Assembly (NCBI GenBank): GCA_051362555.1
Contig: CM120641.1
Coordinates: forward strand, 20,708,001 to 20,772,000
Source: Lingula anatina
Taxonomy: Eukaryota > Animalia > Brachiopoda
DNA: 64,000 nucleotides
Direction of reading: 5' to 3'
This document shows, piece by piece, positions 13,601 to 28,164 of the stretch. The translations under genes and the position numbers were made by a program. Each line of letters opens with the position of its first letter. The first letter of the stretch is position 1. Below the pieces are notes generated by a model. The model saw nothing but the letters and a program-made list of their open reading frames with translations, searched no databases and was not told the DNA's origin.

Positions 13601-16300
13601 TTAACTTTCAGTGCATCAATATTTTTTTAAATTGTGTAATTATAAATAAGCCATAAAAATTTACATTAAATAGTATACCCTCCTTACCCATATGCTGTTC
13701 CTTTTTTCAGAATCCCCTGGGGAGCTGTTTTGCCCCCAGCTGGCGGTACAGGGATGTCACTGGGTAGTGGTATCTCTGAGGCCACTAGAATCATCATAAA
13801 TATTTTCATGAACACAGTTTGTGATGTTACCACTGTCCTCAAACCAAAACCATGCAGAATTGGGACTGGTGCAGTAAAACTTTGTTAAAATTGAAGCTGC
13901 TAACCACTGTTTCTGCTTTGGACAAGTAGATAATTAGACCAGGGTGACACAAAGGTTTTGTAGGCCAAAAAGTTTTTGCGCCAACTGACGGAACCAAGAT
14001 TTCATTACAACATAGCATATTTTTCAAAGTTTCAAACAAACAGTTTTCTGCTATCAGGTTTAAGTCAGTTAGTGAAATGTCCATTATCTGGGGAGAAAAC
14101 TGGTAAAAGATTTTATTGGTTTTCGTGTCTAGAAAAAGTGACCAGCCAGAGACTGCCCATTACTCACCAGGAGTGTCCATAGGTGCTGCTGGAAGAGGAA
14201 TTTGGTCAAGTTGCACACGTTCTGCATTCTTTACTTGCTCTGGAAAGAGAAATGAAATCAGTCATTTAACAGAGCTCCTTACTTTATAACCTAAAAAGAG
14301 ATCAAAAGGCATAAATTGATTAACATTTTTCCTTAATTAATAATTTTCAAAATCTGTAGTCTTTTAAGTGAATTAGGCCTGCTGAAATACTTAACAAAAT
14401 GCTGATAGATGGCAAATGTGTACAATATAATTCTGTTTTAAACATATGAAATACTTACCATAGTAAATTTGCATTTGTAAACGTTTCTTCTCATATTCTT
14501 GTAATGTCTTTTTCAGACCTAGAGCATACTCAGGTTCTTCTTTTTCCTTAAAATAAAGAAAATTGTGAAATAAAAATCAATTTATCATAAAAAAATCCAT
14601 TAAGTAATTAAAGAATAGCTTAACCAATGAATCTAGAATAAGTAAAATATAAAAAAAAAATTGTTCATCATTTTACCAAATTTTTTATAACTTACAATAT
14701 TGGGAGGTGAAATAACTGTACTTACATATAATTTCAGCACCCTCTCAAAAGTTTCATACAACTTTTTTCTTTTATCCTTTAACACTTTTTCATTTAGTCT
14801 TGGAGGCTGTGTTGGGTCATATTCTGAAATGAGGCATGTTTCATTAGTTTTAAAAAGCCAAGGTGTTTTAAAACCAAATTATGACACTGACCTCTTAAGC
14901 ACTGTATTCTTTTACCAGATACATGGCACATTGATCATGCTATTACTTCTTAGTATTTAAGTAGATGCTCATGACTAAACATGTAAGGCAGCTTTCAGAC
15001 ATTACATAGAACCTTGGTCACTCTGTTTGATGTCGGCAATGTGATCTCTGGAGTTCTACCCAATAATAACCATGCTGATATATACCCATTTTGTCTATGA
15101 TTTCCATGTCTTCTAAAATTTTTGTAGGATCTTTTCCTTTCAGCACAGCTTGCCTCACCATCATACGCTGCTTTTTGTTCTACAAAATATTTAAAAGAAA
15201 TGGTAGTTACAATTTATTTTACACCCCATTTCCATAGATTTTTAGATCGATCTATCCCTGTGGGGAGTCTCACTAGATTACTGTCAGCTTGGCCGGCTTA
15301 AGCGTCTGTCCCGCCTACTAAAAGCTGTAAGGGGGTAATTAACTATGGTACCCGCTCGGCTGACTGCAATTTAGCGTGAACCCCCAGGGAGTTAGGTCGA
15401 TCTAAAACTTAATCTTTATATCGATCTAAATCTCTGGAAAAGCACCCTTAAATACAAAAATTGTTTAAAATGTAAAATACTAATATGTTAGTTTAAGGGT
15501 AGATTATGATGCTTAGTCAAATGTTAATTCTACATGCATTTATAAATCTGTTCATCATTCAACAAGAACTTTCACAAGTAAAAAAAAAACAATCATAATC
15601 ATAACAGCAAAGGTTTAATCTTTTTTGTATCAGAACTTTTAAAATTACAACTGACATTAAATGACAAATATACCAAATATGCCAATAATTTGTATGACAT
15701 GCATTAAACTTGGCTGATTACTAACCTTTTTAAGTTCTTTTTTCCTTGCTTCCTTGCCTATAAAAAAGATGTATGGAATTACATCCATCCAAATATATAC
15801 TAAATTGATATTTGCACAAAGTTCAAATCTATTATTATTTTTCAAAAATAAAATGAGCAGTCAGCAGAGGTTTATAGACATGTTAGCATTATTCAAAGTT
15901 AAAACTACTATATATATCATTTTTCTGGTCTGCTTATGCACATGATACCTCTAAAGTTTACTAAAAGAAATGAGGTTTTATTTGTCAACTTAATCAATAT
16001 CACATTTTTTAGCTAAGTATCTCATACGAAATCGCAATGTATTATTTGATGCACTTTTCTATGTAACCTGCATTTAATAAGACAACAGATACACAGTTAT
16101 TTTACGCCACTCATTTCTGTAAATTCAAACAGAAGCGAAAACTGTCTGTGAATGATTTTGGAAATTCTACATGGTGAATGTGAATGTGACTGTGCCTGAG
16201 CAGAGCGATATGTTTAGTCTATGATTTTATACTCACGGGCCTGATCAGTGGGATTCATATATTTCCCACTCTTGGTGGTGTTGATGGATCTTCGCCCCAT
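10612..16300 (-). CDS. WBP11: WW domain-binding protein 11 (SIPP1/NpwBP splicing factor)
   Basis: Starts MGRRSINTTKSGKYMNPTDQA|RKEARKKELKK|NKKQRMMVRQAVLKGKDP. Long Pro-Gly tracts (ORFs 11042-12158, 13286-13513), RKIRF PP1-binding-type motif, and end KDDAYDSFMKEMENLL* (TGA 10612-10614). Confidence 0.93.
13257..13283. repeat. (ATA)n microsatellite
   Basis: Trinucleotide run in a WBP11 intron; explains the poly-Y in ORF 13195-13401. Confidence 0.9.
15224..15449. mobile_element. Palindromic MITE-like element, copy A (WBP11 intron)
   Basis: Imperfect inverted ends (tttccatagatt...aatctctggaaa; tagatcgatcta...taggtcgatcta) and colinear similarity to 53251-53508 (gatcgatctatc...ggg...gtctgtc..gcct...agggggtaattaa). 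Confidence 0.6.
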
Positions 16301-16726
16301 GTTGTAAAGTTACCCTGTGGCAGCACAGGTCGCTAATAAGTTGAATAACCAAATACACTGATCTCCTCTCTTGCTCTCTATTACTTGTTCGCTTTGGTTA
16401 ACCAGTCACGTGACCTACTGACTCTGGGTACTGTTTGTAGAGCGACATATTTTACAGCACATAATGTTATATTTCATCACGAAAAATAAGCACAATATCA
16501 TGGAGCACATTTTTTGTCATTAAAGCGCAAAAAGTTTTAATGAGATCACAAAAAAGTTAATTTGGAGATCTTTTTGCTGTAGTCGATCGCAAGTACCTCT
16601 TCACGTTAGTTAGAAATGAAAGGGAGGATCAACAAGAACAGAAAAACGTGCTTCTCATCAGTTTAATTGCTCCTCATTGTTAATTTTTTTTTTTGCTTGT
16701 GGATAGTGAAATAATAAATCAACAAG
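16301..16726. promoter_or_regulatory. Probable bidirectional promoter WBP11/EXOC7 with palindromic E-box GTCACGTGAC (16405-16414)
   Basis: Divergent ATGs are only ~430 bp apart. Perfect 10-bp palindrome matches the CLEAR/USF-type E-box. Confidence 0.65.
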
Positions 16727-19700
16727 ATGAATGATTTGGCGGTAAAGCAACTGGAAATCGACATGAAGTTGCAGCGAGTAAGTTCATGAGTAAAAAACGG
16801 TGTAAAAGATCTCTTGCTTCCTTAGGCTCCGCCACAGCCTTCACTGCACAGTCAGAGGCAGATGTACCTGTTTAAGTGTTTTGCCTTTTGGCATGACTCA
16901 TCTCACTGCCTGCTAGTCAGTCTGGGCAGTGTGAGTCCGAAGTGACATAAACGCATCCCATTTATGTAGAATATTTATAAATTGGACCTTTTTCTTCTTT
17001 TTATTTTATATTACAAGCTTCTAAATTATTTTTATAGGAAATGAGTAACCTGGCGGTGCTACAGGATTCCCTCCAGAAGAGCCAACAGCTGACTGGTAAT
17101 ATGGTTGGAATACTTACCACATTTGAGAACAGACTGAAGAAGCTGGAAGAAACCATTGTTCCTGTGTATCATGAGACAGAGAACCTGCAGCAAAGACATC
17201 AAAGTATCCTTTTTGGTAAACTAAGTATATATTCACCCCATGGCCTGGTTTGGGATTGCTTTGATGAAATTTTGGCCAGGTAGATATCTGCTTTCCTAAC
17301 CAAGTTCTCAATAGTACTGATGTGGACACTGTGTTTTATGTGTAAAAGGAGCTGTTAAATGATCTTTTATTATTATTTTAAACATTTGTTTCTGTTGTCA
17401 TTATATAATAACTGATTTAGAAATGTATTGAAGGATTGAAGAGAACCACAAGGATTTTCAAAATATAAAATGTTCTCATCGGTTTTTGCCTGGAGCTTGC
17501 GTATAGGAAAGGTACTAGTAGAAGCTAATGCAGGAATTGTGTCCCCCTGGATATGATTTTTAAATCTTGTCAAAATGTGTATTGGTAGTCCAATTGTGAT
17601 ATCCTCATATTCTGAAGTGTGGTATTCCTTATTGGTGCCCAGATATTGAGAAAACAATTGCTGAACTTGATCATGTTATTGGTTTTTATCATGTGGCGAA
17701 AGAAGTGGAGAATATCATCAGAGAAAGGTCTGTATAATAATTAGTTTTTTTTTTGTTCTTTTGTTTTGTAGTTGCCTTTGATTCCCCATGTAACATGTTT
17801 GGTTATGTAGCATGGGTAGTGTGAACAATATTTCTACCATATGATAAACTGTTTATTCTGTTTTTCAGTCCAACAACACAAAAATTGTGCACAAAAATAT
17901 AAATTTACTTATGAAATTTGTCTGAAAATTGAGATTACTAATATTTTATCATGATTTATTCATGGTATTTTTTCCTTGTACAGTCCAAGCAGTGACCTTC
18001 ATGAATACTTGCTGTGCTTGGAGAAGTTACAGAAAGCTGTAGATTATTTCACAGATCAACATCCAGGAAGCTCTGAACTCTCTGCAGTGGTAAACTTTAT
18101 TTCTTCATTGTTGATCATGAATTCAAGGAGATTTTTTTTTTTTGCAATAAAGGGACCTGATGCTCTTTTGTTCTTATAAGTCTTGCATCTTAAGGTACTT
18201 GTGTATTCAGTAGCTTGAGATTGATTAAAGTTTTATGTCTTTACATTTGTAGTTATTCTTTGAACAGCTTTTCTTTGAGATACGGTGATGAATATCAGTT
18301 ACTTATAGCTTTTACCAGTGGTGTGTGGTGTTTGCTACAACCAACATGGTGGTATCAGGTGTTACTGTTTATTTGTAATATTATTTGTAAGTACATGTAT
18401 AAATGCACTGTTTTATTTTACAGACCATGTTATTTGACCAAGGACGACAGACTCTGGAAACAGAATTTCGTGATCTTCTGTTGAGAAACAGTAAACCAAC
18501 TCCATCAGCTCAGCTTATTGATATCCTGGCTCAGTATGAAGGTGTGTTATAACTTTGGTATAAAGATTAGTGTTCCTCACATTTGAACTCCCGTTGGATC
18601 AGTCTTATCAATAAGGTTGATTTACAAGAAAATTTTAAAAAATTCTTGACAAGACAAGAACCTTAAGGTTGCTACGTCAGGTATTAGACAAACCAGAGGC
18701 ATCAGTTGAAATCTCCCTTGAACATATTTAGATAAAATGCATGGTAGTTGCTTAAAATTTCAAAGACCTCATTTTAGTAAATATCTTACTTTAATTTTCA
18801 AGATTTATCTTTTGAGTGTACTTAGTGACATGAAGCTAAGTACATTGTCAATGGTTTTGAAAAAAAATTCAAGTAATGTGACAAAGAAATTTATTTATGG
18901 TACTGCCAACCCAGAGTTTGCAACTCTTAACAAATGCATTTTGCATAAGTATTCTAGAAACTTCTTAATGTGGACTGTCATGTTTTTATATATAATTCTA
19001 TTGATAATAGCATGTTAAACAACATGATCCATTTTGAGCACTTGACTGTTTTCACCTTGGTGCACATAATGAATTGTTAGGTTGTAACCTTTTAATAGAT
19101 CAATATGTTAAACATTCTTACATAATGACATGCCCCAGATGTCTACTTGATTAGATGGCAATTAAAGTTGGTACTCAGTTTACCTAGGGTTAAGTTATTT
19201 CATTTAAGATCTTGATGTAATGTATTTTCATTGTTTTTTGTGTAAAGATGGTAAAAAGTTTTAAAAATTTTAAGAGACCAAACAGTATAGACATTGAATT
19301 TAAATCACCCCCCCCCCCCACACACACACACACAATTGCTCTAAAAGTAGATATTCCAGTTTTAGTTTGCTTTTGAAATGTCATTTTCTGTCATTTTTGT
19401 TGCAAATATTCATCTATATATCTATTTAATTCTGTAAACTTTGATATCATTTTAACCATTTCTGTGTTATATATTTCTTAAGTAAACAAATAATCAGATC
19501 TAACAAATGATCAGATCTTTACAAAATATGATATCAATACCATCTAAATAATTCTTCTTTCATATTTAGGTGATGGGAAGCAAATTAGGTCTCTTTAGAT
19601 AAAATGACATTTTTTGCCATATATGTCAAAGATTTTCTGATTATCTCTGCAGAGAGCCCAGAGGAGGAATCCCCACATATTGAGCATTTGGAAAAGAGCA

Positions 19701-19823
19701 TAGTTCATGATCTGGCTGAGATTTCCAAATGGTTGGCTGCCAACAGCTCCTCAGCAGACTTTGCAAATGTCTATGCTACAGTTCGCTGTAATACTCTGAT
19801 CAAGGCTTTGCAAGGGTAAGACT

Positions 19824-19860
<37 letters not shown>

Positions 19861-19868
19861 TGTGTGTT

Positions 19869-19903
<35 letters not shown>

Positions 19904-22900
19904 TCGAGATCAAGACAATCTAAACTAAAAGCTTTTTATGTTTTATCCTTGAATATATAATACTTTAGTATTGGAACCCTTTCGTCTCTAAAACAGGTCA
20001 TTACAGATTTAATTAACCATATTTGCCAACTTAAAGGAGAATTTCATTTTGAGTAGATCCATTGTATAGTATAGTACAGCAAACTATTTTATTTAGACTT
20101 AGAATTCTGTCACAACAAAATCTGTGGTATATACATTATTCCTCCATGTTATAAATACTCCCATGTTATAATCTTAACAGTGCTATGAAATGTTAAATTA
20201 CATATTTATGGACAGTAAATGTCACAGATGTAGCATGTATCATATTGACAGTAAAATCACAAGGCAAATAAAAATTACAGTTATTAACACCAGGGAAATT
20301 GTCCTCCAACTGACATAAGCCAATCTTATTATTGTAAATGACTCAAAAATTAGGGCATAGCATTTTGCATAAATAACCTATGAGATTTGACAGAAATAAT
20401 TTTAAAGTCCATAGACATAAATGGTGAAATAATGTGTTCAGGGGTATTTTTGTGTTGTGAGTTTGGGTGTGTGAATGTAATGAAAACCTGCAAATGTCTG
20501 CAGAGTAATAGCCATAGAAAAGCAAAAATAATGACCTACTGCTCTGTACATCTAAAACCAGGTTATTAGGTTCACATTTAATGGCTGCCATGTGTCACCA
20601 GGTTTCTCTATTAAATTTGAGTAGGAAATACATTTAAATGTTAAATTATATTGAAGTTCAGCTGTTGCCAGTGACATGTGCTAGTGGGTCAATGAAAGGA
20701 TGCAGTGTTTCCTCATACCTAGTGAAATTTAGTCTTTGAGATAACCTGATTCTGTAAGTGGAATAGAGAATATGAGAAATACAGTTTTTACAGTTTACAG
20801 TGTTTCGAAGTTTTTGAAAGCATATTTTTAGTTTTTAACAAAGCTTATTCAATGTTGCTGAAATTTTGCAAGACAGGACAACATTGTGTTCTTCTTTTTC
20901 CTGGTCAGTATGTATCAGCTTCTATTTAATTTAAATGTCTGTTTATCTTGAAATATGTTATAATTGATATTTTCAGCCTGAGAGAACACCAGAAAGCATT
21001 GGCTGGAGGTGGAGGAGGGACAGCAACTCTTGGCCCTGGGCTCTCCCCAGCACTGGTATGTGTACCTTTAATCCTGAGGTCTAGGTAGAAGAATTACAAG
21101 CTTCATATTTACTACTCTTATGCATCAGGGATGAAATTTTTCTGACTATCGATGGATTTCCAACTTTTTTGGGAATCAAAAATTGTATTGGCCTAGCTGA
21201 CCCCCATGGACCCATGCCATATTATCTGAATTTTTCACCAGTGCATGCATGCATCTTTAAGGCTTTAATATTGAAGAAATTGCTGAAGATTTATTTCTGT
21301 TAATCATGATAATGTAATTTTTATGTCTTTTTAATTTTTTAATTTATAATTTTTTATACAGTATATTATTAACGTTAATGGTGCATTGTATATTTTATCA
21401 GATTTCCTTTTAAATGGAAAGTATTTACTAATGCTAACTGAAAATGAAACACCCCTGCAAGGTGAAAGGACCACTGTATTTAAGACACGGTTTTATAAAA
21501 AATCATTATTAGATTTATCATCTCAGTTAATATGAATTCCAGAGTAGTAAATTCCGTCACTCTGGACATAGCAGAGATATACCCACAAGTGGAAAGCGAG
21601 CATCAGTGAAGAGGACACTCTTGTAGATATCATTATTAACAGTCTAAGTTTTATTTGTTTGATTAAAAAAAAAACATATACTTGTATGAAGTTATGAAGT
21701 TAACAATTTGAATTTGTTTGAATATCCATTTAAATATCATACGTGCTTGACGTATATGAGTGAACACCTCATTAGTGTTCTCTTCTGCAATAAATCAAAC
21801 AAAGAAAAAGTACAAAAGAAAGGAATGTATTTATTCAAATGTCATCTGTTTTTGTGAGAACATTTAAATCATTAAACTGATTCATTTTAGGATGGCTCGA
21901 AAAGCTTCACAAGCGTTGATGAAATACTCTCAGCAGACTCTGGAGTCAGGTGAGTGACTTTCATGTATATCAAGATGATACAGTATTTGTATGTTATGTT
22001 TAACTGTACCACATCTGTAGCAGATGAATACAAAATAATGTTACTTTGGCTTAAGCAATATCATATGGCAAAATGGGTTTGCATGACTTGTGACTCACAT
22101 TCTTCATGTAATAGCTAGATCAAGGCAAATGTCAGCTTGAGTGGTACATGTACACCAAATGCCTGCATGCTGTATTGAAATCAGCTTGACTTGCACAGTC
22201 ATTACCATACCAGAAAATAAACAAGGTTAATCTGAGTATCATCTTAGTTTGAAAGTTTTGACTTTGCAACAAAGTGATTGGATGCTTTGAGGGTTAATAG
22301 CATATATGACTTTGATCTCAAGTAACCAGTGCTGCATTTTTAAAGATGATTCTTTTCATGAACTCACTGTAACCAAGTAAACTGGGAATGTACAGTGGAA
22401 CATGGGTAGAGTTGACAGTTACTGGTTCGGGAACATCGTGTTAACTTTATAAACCAAAGAGCTTGTTTCAAAGAAGGACTTGAGCTCTAAGTCTGATTTT
22501 AACTTTTATACCAGAATTTTAGTCTACTTTGATCCAAGATAAATCAGTACAAATGTTGCACCCCTCTATAACAAGAAAGGCATTGCTAATGTTTCAAACC
22601 AGTACTTACTGTAATCAGGTGGACCACTATAATGGATTAATCATGAACTGAATTAGGTTTGGTATTTAAATGTAGAACTGCTGTAGTTACTTTTAGGTTT
22701 AGTTGATCATGTGTACAGCAATTACTTTCCAGTGTCTGGACACAAAAGACAGAGTTCAGCCACACCTGAGATCAAAGAGGAGGCCACGGATGTGGACATT
22801 GAGACCTACATTTCCATCATTACAGCTCTGCTGAAACTGATGCAGGTAGAGATTAGTTCACACATTACAGCATTGCACTGGGAGCAATAAGTAATAAAAC

Positions 22901-24648
22901 ATCTGTCAAGCTTTATGCTTGAACAAGTGATTTTCATTGTTTAAGTTGATACAGGGAAGAAACTAGATGCATAGCATTGTAAAGTTGAAGTCTGAAAGAT
23001 AAAGAATGAGACTGATCAACATATTTGCTGGTTCATACGCTGAAATATACTGTATGTGGCTATCCATTCATGTTTTATTTTGGCTTTTGACCCCCTCCTT
23101 TTTTTTCAGAGTGAAAACCAGTTGATGCAGCTGATCATTCCTGACAAGCACCAGAGAAAAACATTTGACATTTTGATTCAGCCAGCTCTGGAGTCTATTG
23201 TAACTGAAGGGGAGGTAAGTCCTAGATTAAATAACTCCCTAGTAAATATACCTGTATTTAATGTGAAAGACATGTACACATTTGTCAATAACATTGGGAC
23301 ACAATTCAATTCAAGCATTTATTTAAAAAGATTAGCATGAAACTAGAGCCATGCTTTTTTGGAACCCTGCTGACAGTTTCATCTTAATTTCATTTAGACT
23401 TGCTCAATTCCAATTACTATTTTCTCATTTTAAAAGCATCATCTTGCAATGCCATGGCTAGTAGATAACTCTCAATAAGTACCAGTATAAGCATTAATAT
23501 AGAAATTATAAAGAAAATGTAAGTATTGGTTTCAGCAACTGGCAGCCTCAGTGCGTAGAGCCATTGCCCACCATGACTATCCATCTGTGCTCCAACTGTT
23601 CCCTGTGGTCAGGCATCTCAGGTCCATTAAACCAGAATACGATGTATCTTTAGAGGTGAACCAACTCTTTGTTCTTGTTTTCATCTTGCCCATTGAAATT
23701 GTTAAAATTAAAAATTATGCTGATATACATATATATAAGTCAAGACCCATAGAGAAAAAAATGAAATTGTAATTGTGATTTTGTACCCCTTTGTAGGAAA
23801 AGAATGAAGCTTCAGAATTCTTAGCCTAAGATGAAAAATTGAAATTCTACAAGTTGTAAAATGTTGTAATTTATTTCATTAACTGACCACTATTTCTGCT
23901 TTGTGGTGCACCCTTAGAGCCTGATGTCCTAAGGGGCTAGAAATGTAAAAAAAGTTCTTGGAACACTTTGTTTTCCAACAATATTGCATTGGCAAAGTTT
24001 AAGTGTACTTATTTTAAACTATGAAAGCAATTATGCCAGGCAACACAAAAAGGATGATTGTGTTTGAAGTGCCAGTACATTTTCATTAAAAATTTTTTAT
24101 TAACTCCTTTTCATTTGATGGAGTTAATTGAACATTTTAACCCATGGCAGGGGAATTTCCTGTCTCATACATGCCAGTAAATTATATTGATTATTTCAAG
24201 CTGTTTGTAGTACATGTATGCTTTGTAAATGATTTCAGGGATGCCAAGCACCTACAAGATCCAAGCTGGCCTCTCTCATTACAACACTGGATGCCACAGT
24301 AAGATATTCTACACATTGAGCATCTTTTCTTTGGACATCTCAAGCTTCAACTTATGTTACATCACGTCATAATTATTTGACCTTAATTCCATACTTAATC
24401 CATCCTACACGACTGCACACACTGTCAGTTGATACATATTCTGTTATTATTTTTTTAGGGTGCAAAAGCATTAGAGGAGTTCATTGAAAGAATAAGGGTA
24501 AGTCAGTGACCATCTAATGGTTTGAGTTTTAGTAATAACCTCTGTTTTTTAAGATAAAATATGTTATATATGATAAGTATCAGGCTTTAACCAGCTTTGA
24601 AATTTAAGGTAAATGTAGATAAACACCTGGGGCCAACCTCGATGTATT

Positions 24649-24691
<43 letters not shown>

Positions 24692-27404
24692 TTTGGGGAG
24701 GGGGGGCAATCTGTAAAATATTGATCAGAAGAATCAAGGGACATTCATCACACAGAAATTGAAAATAAGGCATTAAATGTAAACCTGTAGTATTAAGAAT
24801 GGTATTTTTAAGCTAAATTGATATGTTTGTATGTTTCAGAATGATCCAGATAAAGCGTCAAACATGCCCAAAGATGGAACAGTCCATGAACTGACCAGTA
24901 ATGTAAGTTACATAAAAAAAACAACAACTTTTTTTAATAAAGTTGCAAACAATGTGGGTCATATGATAAATGAATTGGTAACATATTTAGAATGATTTCA
25001 GAATGAACGAACAAGTATTGTTAGTGTAACATGTATGTACATCACAATGTTTTTATCACTCATTTGTTATGTTATAGTAGTTAGTTAGAGTCAGTTAATA
25101 CATTTTACATTGTGCATTGAATGTATTTTCATGAATAACAAACGCAAAATGGATGAAAGTCAAATAGGCCTACAAAGTTTATCAGCAATATTTTGAGAGA
25201 TATCAGATTGTATTAAATAAGGAATAGAAAAAAATGTTTAATATTACTTTCAGACTCTTAATTTCCTGGAACAACTCATGGAGTACACAGATGCTGCAGG
25301 GGCAATGCTTCTCATCCATGGTATGCATATATGTACAATAATAATTAGGGTCAGTTAACCAAAAATTTTTTTCCTGGAAATTTTCAGACTTTTCACTTAA
25401 TTTAAATGGTATACCATCTATATAAGGGGCCTGTTAACATGGATGTCTTTATGGTTCAGGATGTTTGTTTTATAGTTGAGGATAAAACGTGTAGTTTTAA
25501 CTTGAATATTCAGAATCATAAAGTCATGAAAATTGAGTCATCCTTTTTATCCTTCCTAAGTTGGAAAAATAAATAAGTTAAATCATATGGTAATTTATAC
25601 AATAACTTGTTTTGTCTTTATATTTACAAATGTTTTTATGTTTCAGATCCTGCTGGACATACTCTTGCTCAAGATCCTAAAAAGAAGGCCACAAAAGTTG
25701 CAGAATACACCAGTAAGTGGCATGTACATATGCAAATATGCCTTTTGTATTAGGGCACAATAATGATTTGTTGAGTTGGAATAGCAAGTATTTGTGAATT
25801 CTTGATCAATAAACAAAATTATAGTGTTTACACATTTTGAATAGCCTTTAATTGGTTGGTTAATTGCAAATAAGATAAATGCACATAAAATGTGGGTGTA
25901 CAAACAGCATGGAAATATTGCATGAGTGTTTTCAATTTTATTTCCAGCCAAAGTTTTGTCTGCATTGGGTCTGAACCTAAGCAACAAGGCAGAGACCTAC
26001 AGCGATGTAACCCTGAGAGCTGTTTTCATGTTGAATAACTATAACTATCTACTCAAGACAATGAAACGGTTGGTCTAAACGGTTGAATTCATTGATGTCT
26101 TTATATGACCCTCAGGAATAATTCAAAATTGCACTTGTTTCATTCTGGGGAGAACTAAGCCAAAACATAATCTTAAGAAAATCTTTATTATGGGGTAAAG
26201 TTGCAACTGCATGATATGATACTTAACATGGCTGTCTGAGACTAAGTGAAAATTGTAATATTAATAGTGGCAAAAATGGCAAAAAAGTGTTACTGTGTTT
26301 ATCTTACTTTAATATACAGAGTGTATTTTTGGTAAAGCTGGATATGTCTTACAGGAATGGTCTCTTGTCCCTGGTGCATTCATACAACAAGGAAGTGGAG
26401 ACGTACTACAATGAACAAATCCTAGAACAAAAAAAGCTGTACTCTCAAAGGTATGTGGGACACCTGTGGTAATGAATGATTACATGAATAGGGACGCATA
26501 TTGTTTTATGCAAAGTGCAAAAATATATGAAAGGTTTTTATTTTTTTCTGAATGTCATTTTTTGTTTCAAGATTGAGGAGTATTGTAATGGTGAATTCTT
26601 TAAAGAAATAACAATGTTTCATTCTGTTGAAAACTGAGACTATGTTACCTTTTCATTAAAATACCTTCTGTGTTTTTGTTGTTTAGTTTCAGTCGTATCC
26701 TTCACTATATAATGGAAGTCCACAAACCAATATCCCAGCACTACGTGCAGTCTCCTGATCTGGCACAAGCTAAGGTTAGAGCTGGTTTCTTCTCTAAATA
26801 ACTAAATAGAAATTACTAATAGAGAAATAAAAGGATCTTTTATAAAACCGAAGTTTGCTAACTGAAGTAAATTAATGTGTCATTTATTGATCATGTCCAT
26901 CAATGTTGACCATGCCATCAAATGAGCTTTGAACATTTGCAGTCAAGGTTATTATATTTTTGTCATTTTATTAATTTTTTTCTAGCTGAAAGATAAAGAT
27001 AAACAGAATATCAAGGACAAGTTTGCGGTAAGTTTTGTACAGTAATAAAATATAATAATAAGGAAAAAAATTATTTCAAATATATGCATAATGAATCCTA
27101 TTTTTTGATGTAAGTCAATGGAAATATACCTTATATGTTTCTGTGAATATAAGTTTTTTTGTTCCAGGGTTTCAACAAGGAAATGGAAGAATTGCGTAAA
27201 ATTCAGAAATCATATGCCATCCCAGATTCAGAACTGAGAGAAAACTTGAAGCAAGATAACAAGGACTTTATCCTACCAAAATATGAAATGTTTTGGAAGA
27301 AGTATGTGAATACAAACTTTACTAAGAATCCTGAGAAGTACATGAAGTACACAAAAGATGAAGTGGAAACAATGTTAGATGGTTTCTTTGATTATTCATC
27401 ATAA
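16727..27404 (+). CDS. EXOC7: Exocyst complex component 7 (Exo70), ~22 exons
   Basis: Exons from 16727-16777 and 17038-17203 through to 27168-27404. Motifs SLQKSQQLTGNMVGILTTFENRLKKLEETIVPV, NMPKDGTVHELTSN, VFMLNNYNYLL, KDKDKQNIKDKFAGFNKEMEELRKIQKSYAIPDSELRENLK, FTKNPEKYMKYT...FFDYSS*. Confidence 0.95.
17204..17642 (+). other. U12-type (minor spliceosome) GT-AG intron in EXOC7
   Basis: 5' site GTATCCTTTT, branch-like TTCCTTAT ~11 nt before CAG, no polypyrimidine tract. Removal restores ...QRHQ-N-IEKTIAELDHVIGFYHV. Confidence 0.8.
19826..19903. repeat. (GT)n(GA)n compound microsatellite
   Basis: Directly visible, just after the donor at 19816. Confidence 0.9.
24645..24694. repeat. (TTTA)n microsatellite
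   Basis: Directly visible tetranucleotide run. Confidence 0.9.
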
Positions 27405-28164
27405 AATTGATTGAAGATTATAACCATCTTGGTCGGTCGCCAGAATCATCTTCAGTAAACAAGACTGTTGTGCTCTTGTCTATAAAACAAATTTAAAAGC
27501 AAGTAGATGTTTTGCCATTGGGTGTTTTGTAATTCTCAGTGTAATTTGTGGAATGTTTATACATTCAAGAGGGGGTTGGTTTAAGTTTTGACAGGAGACT
27601 AAACAAATGAAATCATGGTATTTGTTAGAGTAAAGAAAAGGCATGCAAGTTGTTTTAAATGACCCTTTATTGCCCTTAAATTACATATTACTGTGTTTCT
27701 GGTATATTGCATAAGATTAAAGTCATCTTTGTTCACATATGTAAATGTACGAGACAAAATCTCAATATTTATTCCCATTGTATAAAGTAGTGTATATTAT
27801 AGCACCATAATAGTGTACTCTTTGAATCTTTAAATGTATTCCTCATTATAGAATAGGCAAAAACAGGTTTATCGACAAAAACTGAGGTTTATAATACAAA
27901 TTTGTCAAAGGTGCTAATTTGCTAAAATAACAAAATATGTGCTATATATGCATGTCACCTTTCAGGATTAATAATTATTGTAATAAATCCAAGTTGAAAA
28001 AAATCTAAATGATAATTTTCTTGGTCAATATGAAATAATTTCCTGAGCACTAAAATCTGCTAGTTGTATTAAAAGCACCATATAACTGCACAATTAATTT
28101 ATTGCAGCTTATAATATTAACATAAAGCACATTTGCCACTAATCACAGCTATGTTTCAATTCAT

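Noticed and set aside
21126-21243. CAGGGATGAAA...TTTCACCAGTG possible MITE
   Set aside because: Inverted ends are too degenerate and there is no clear TSD.
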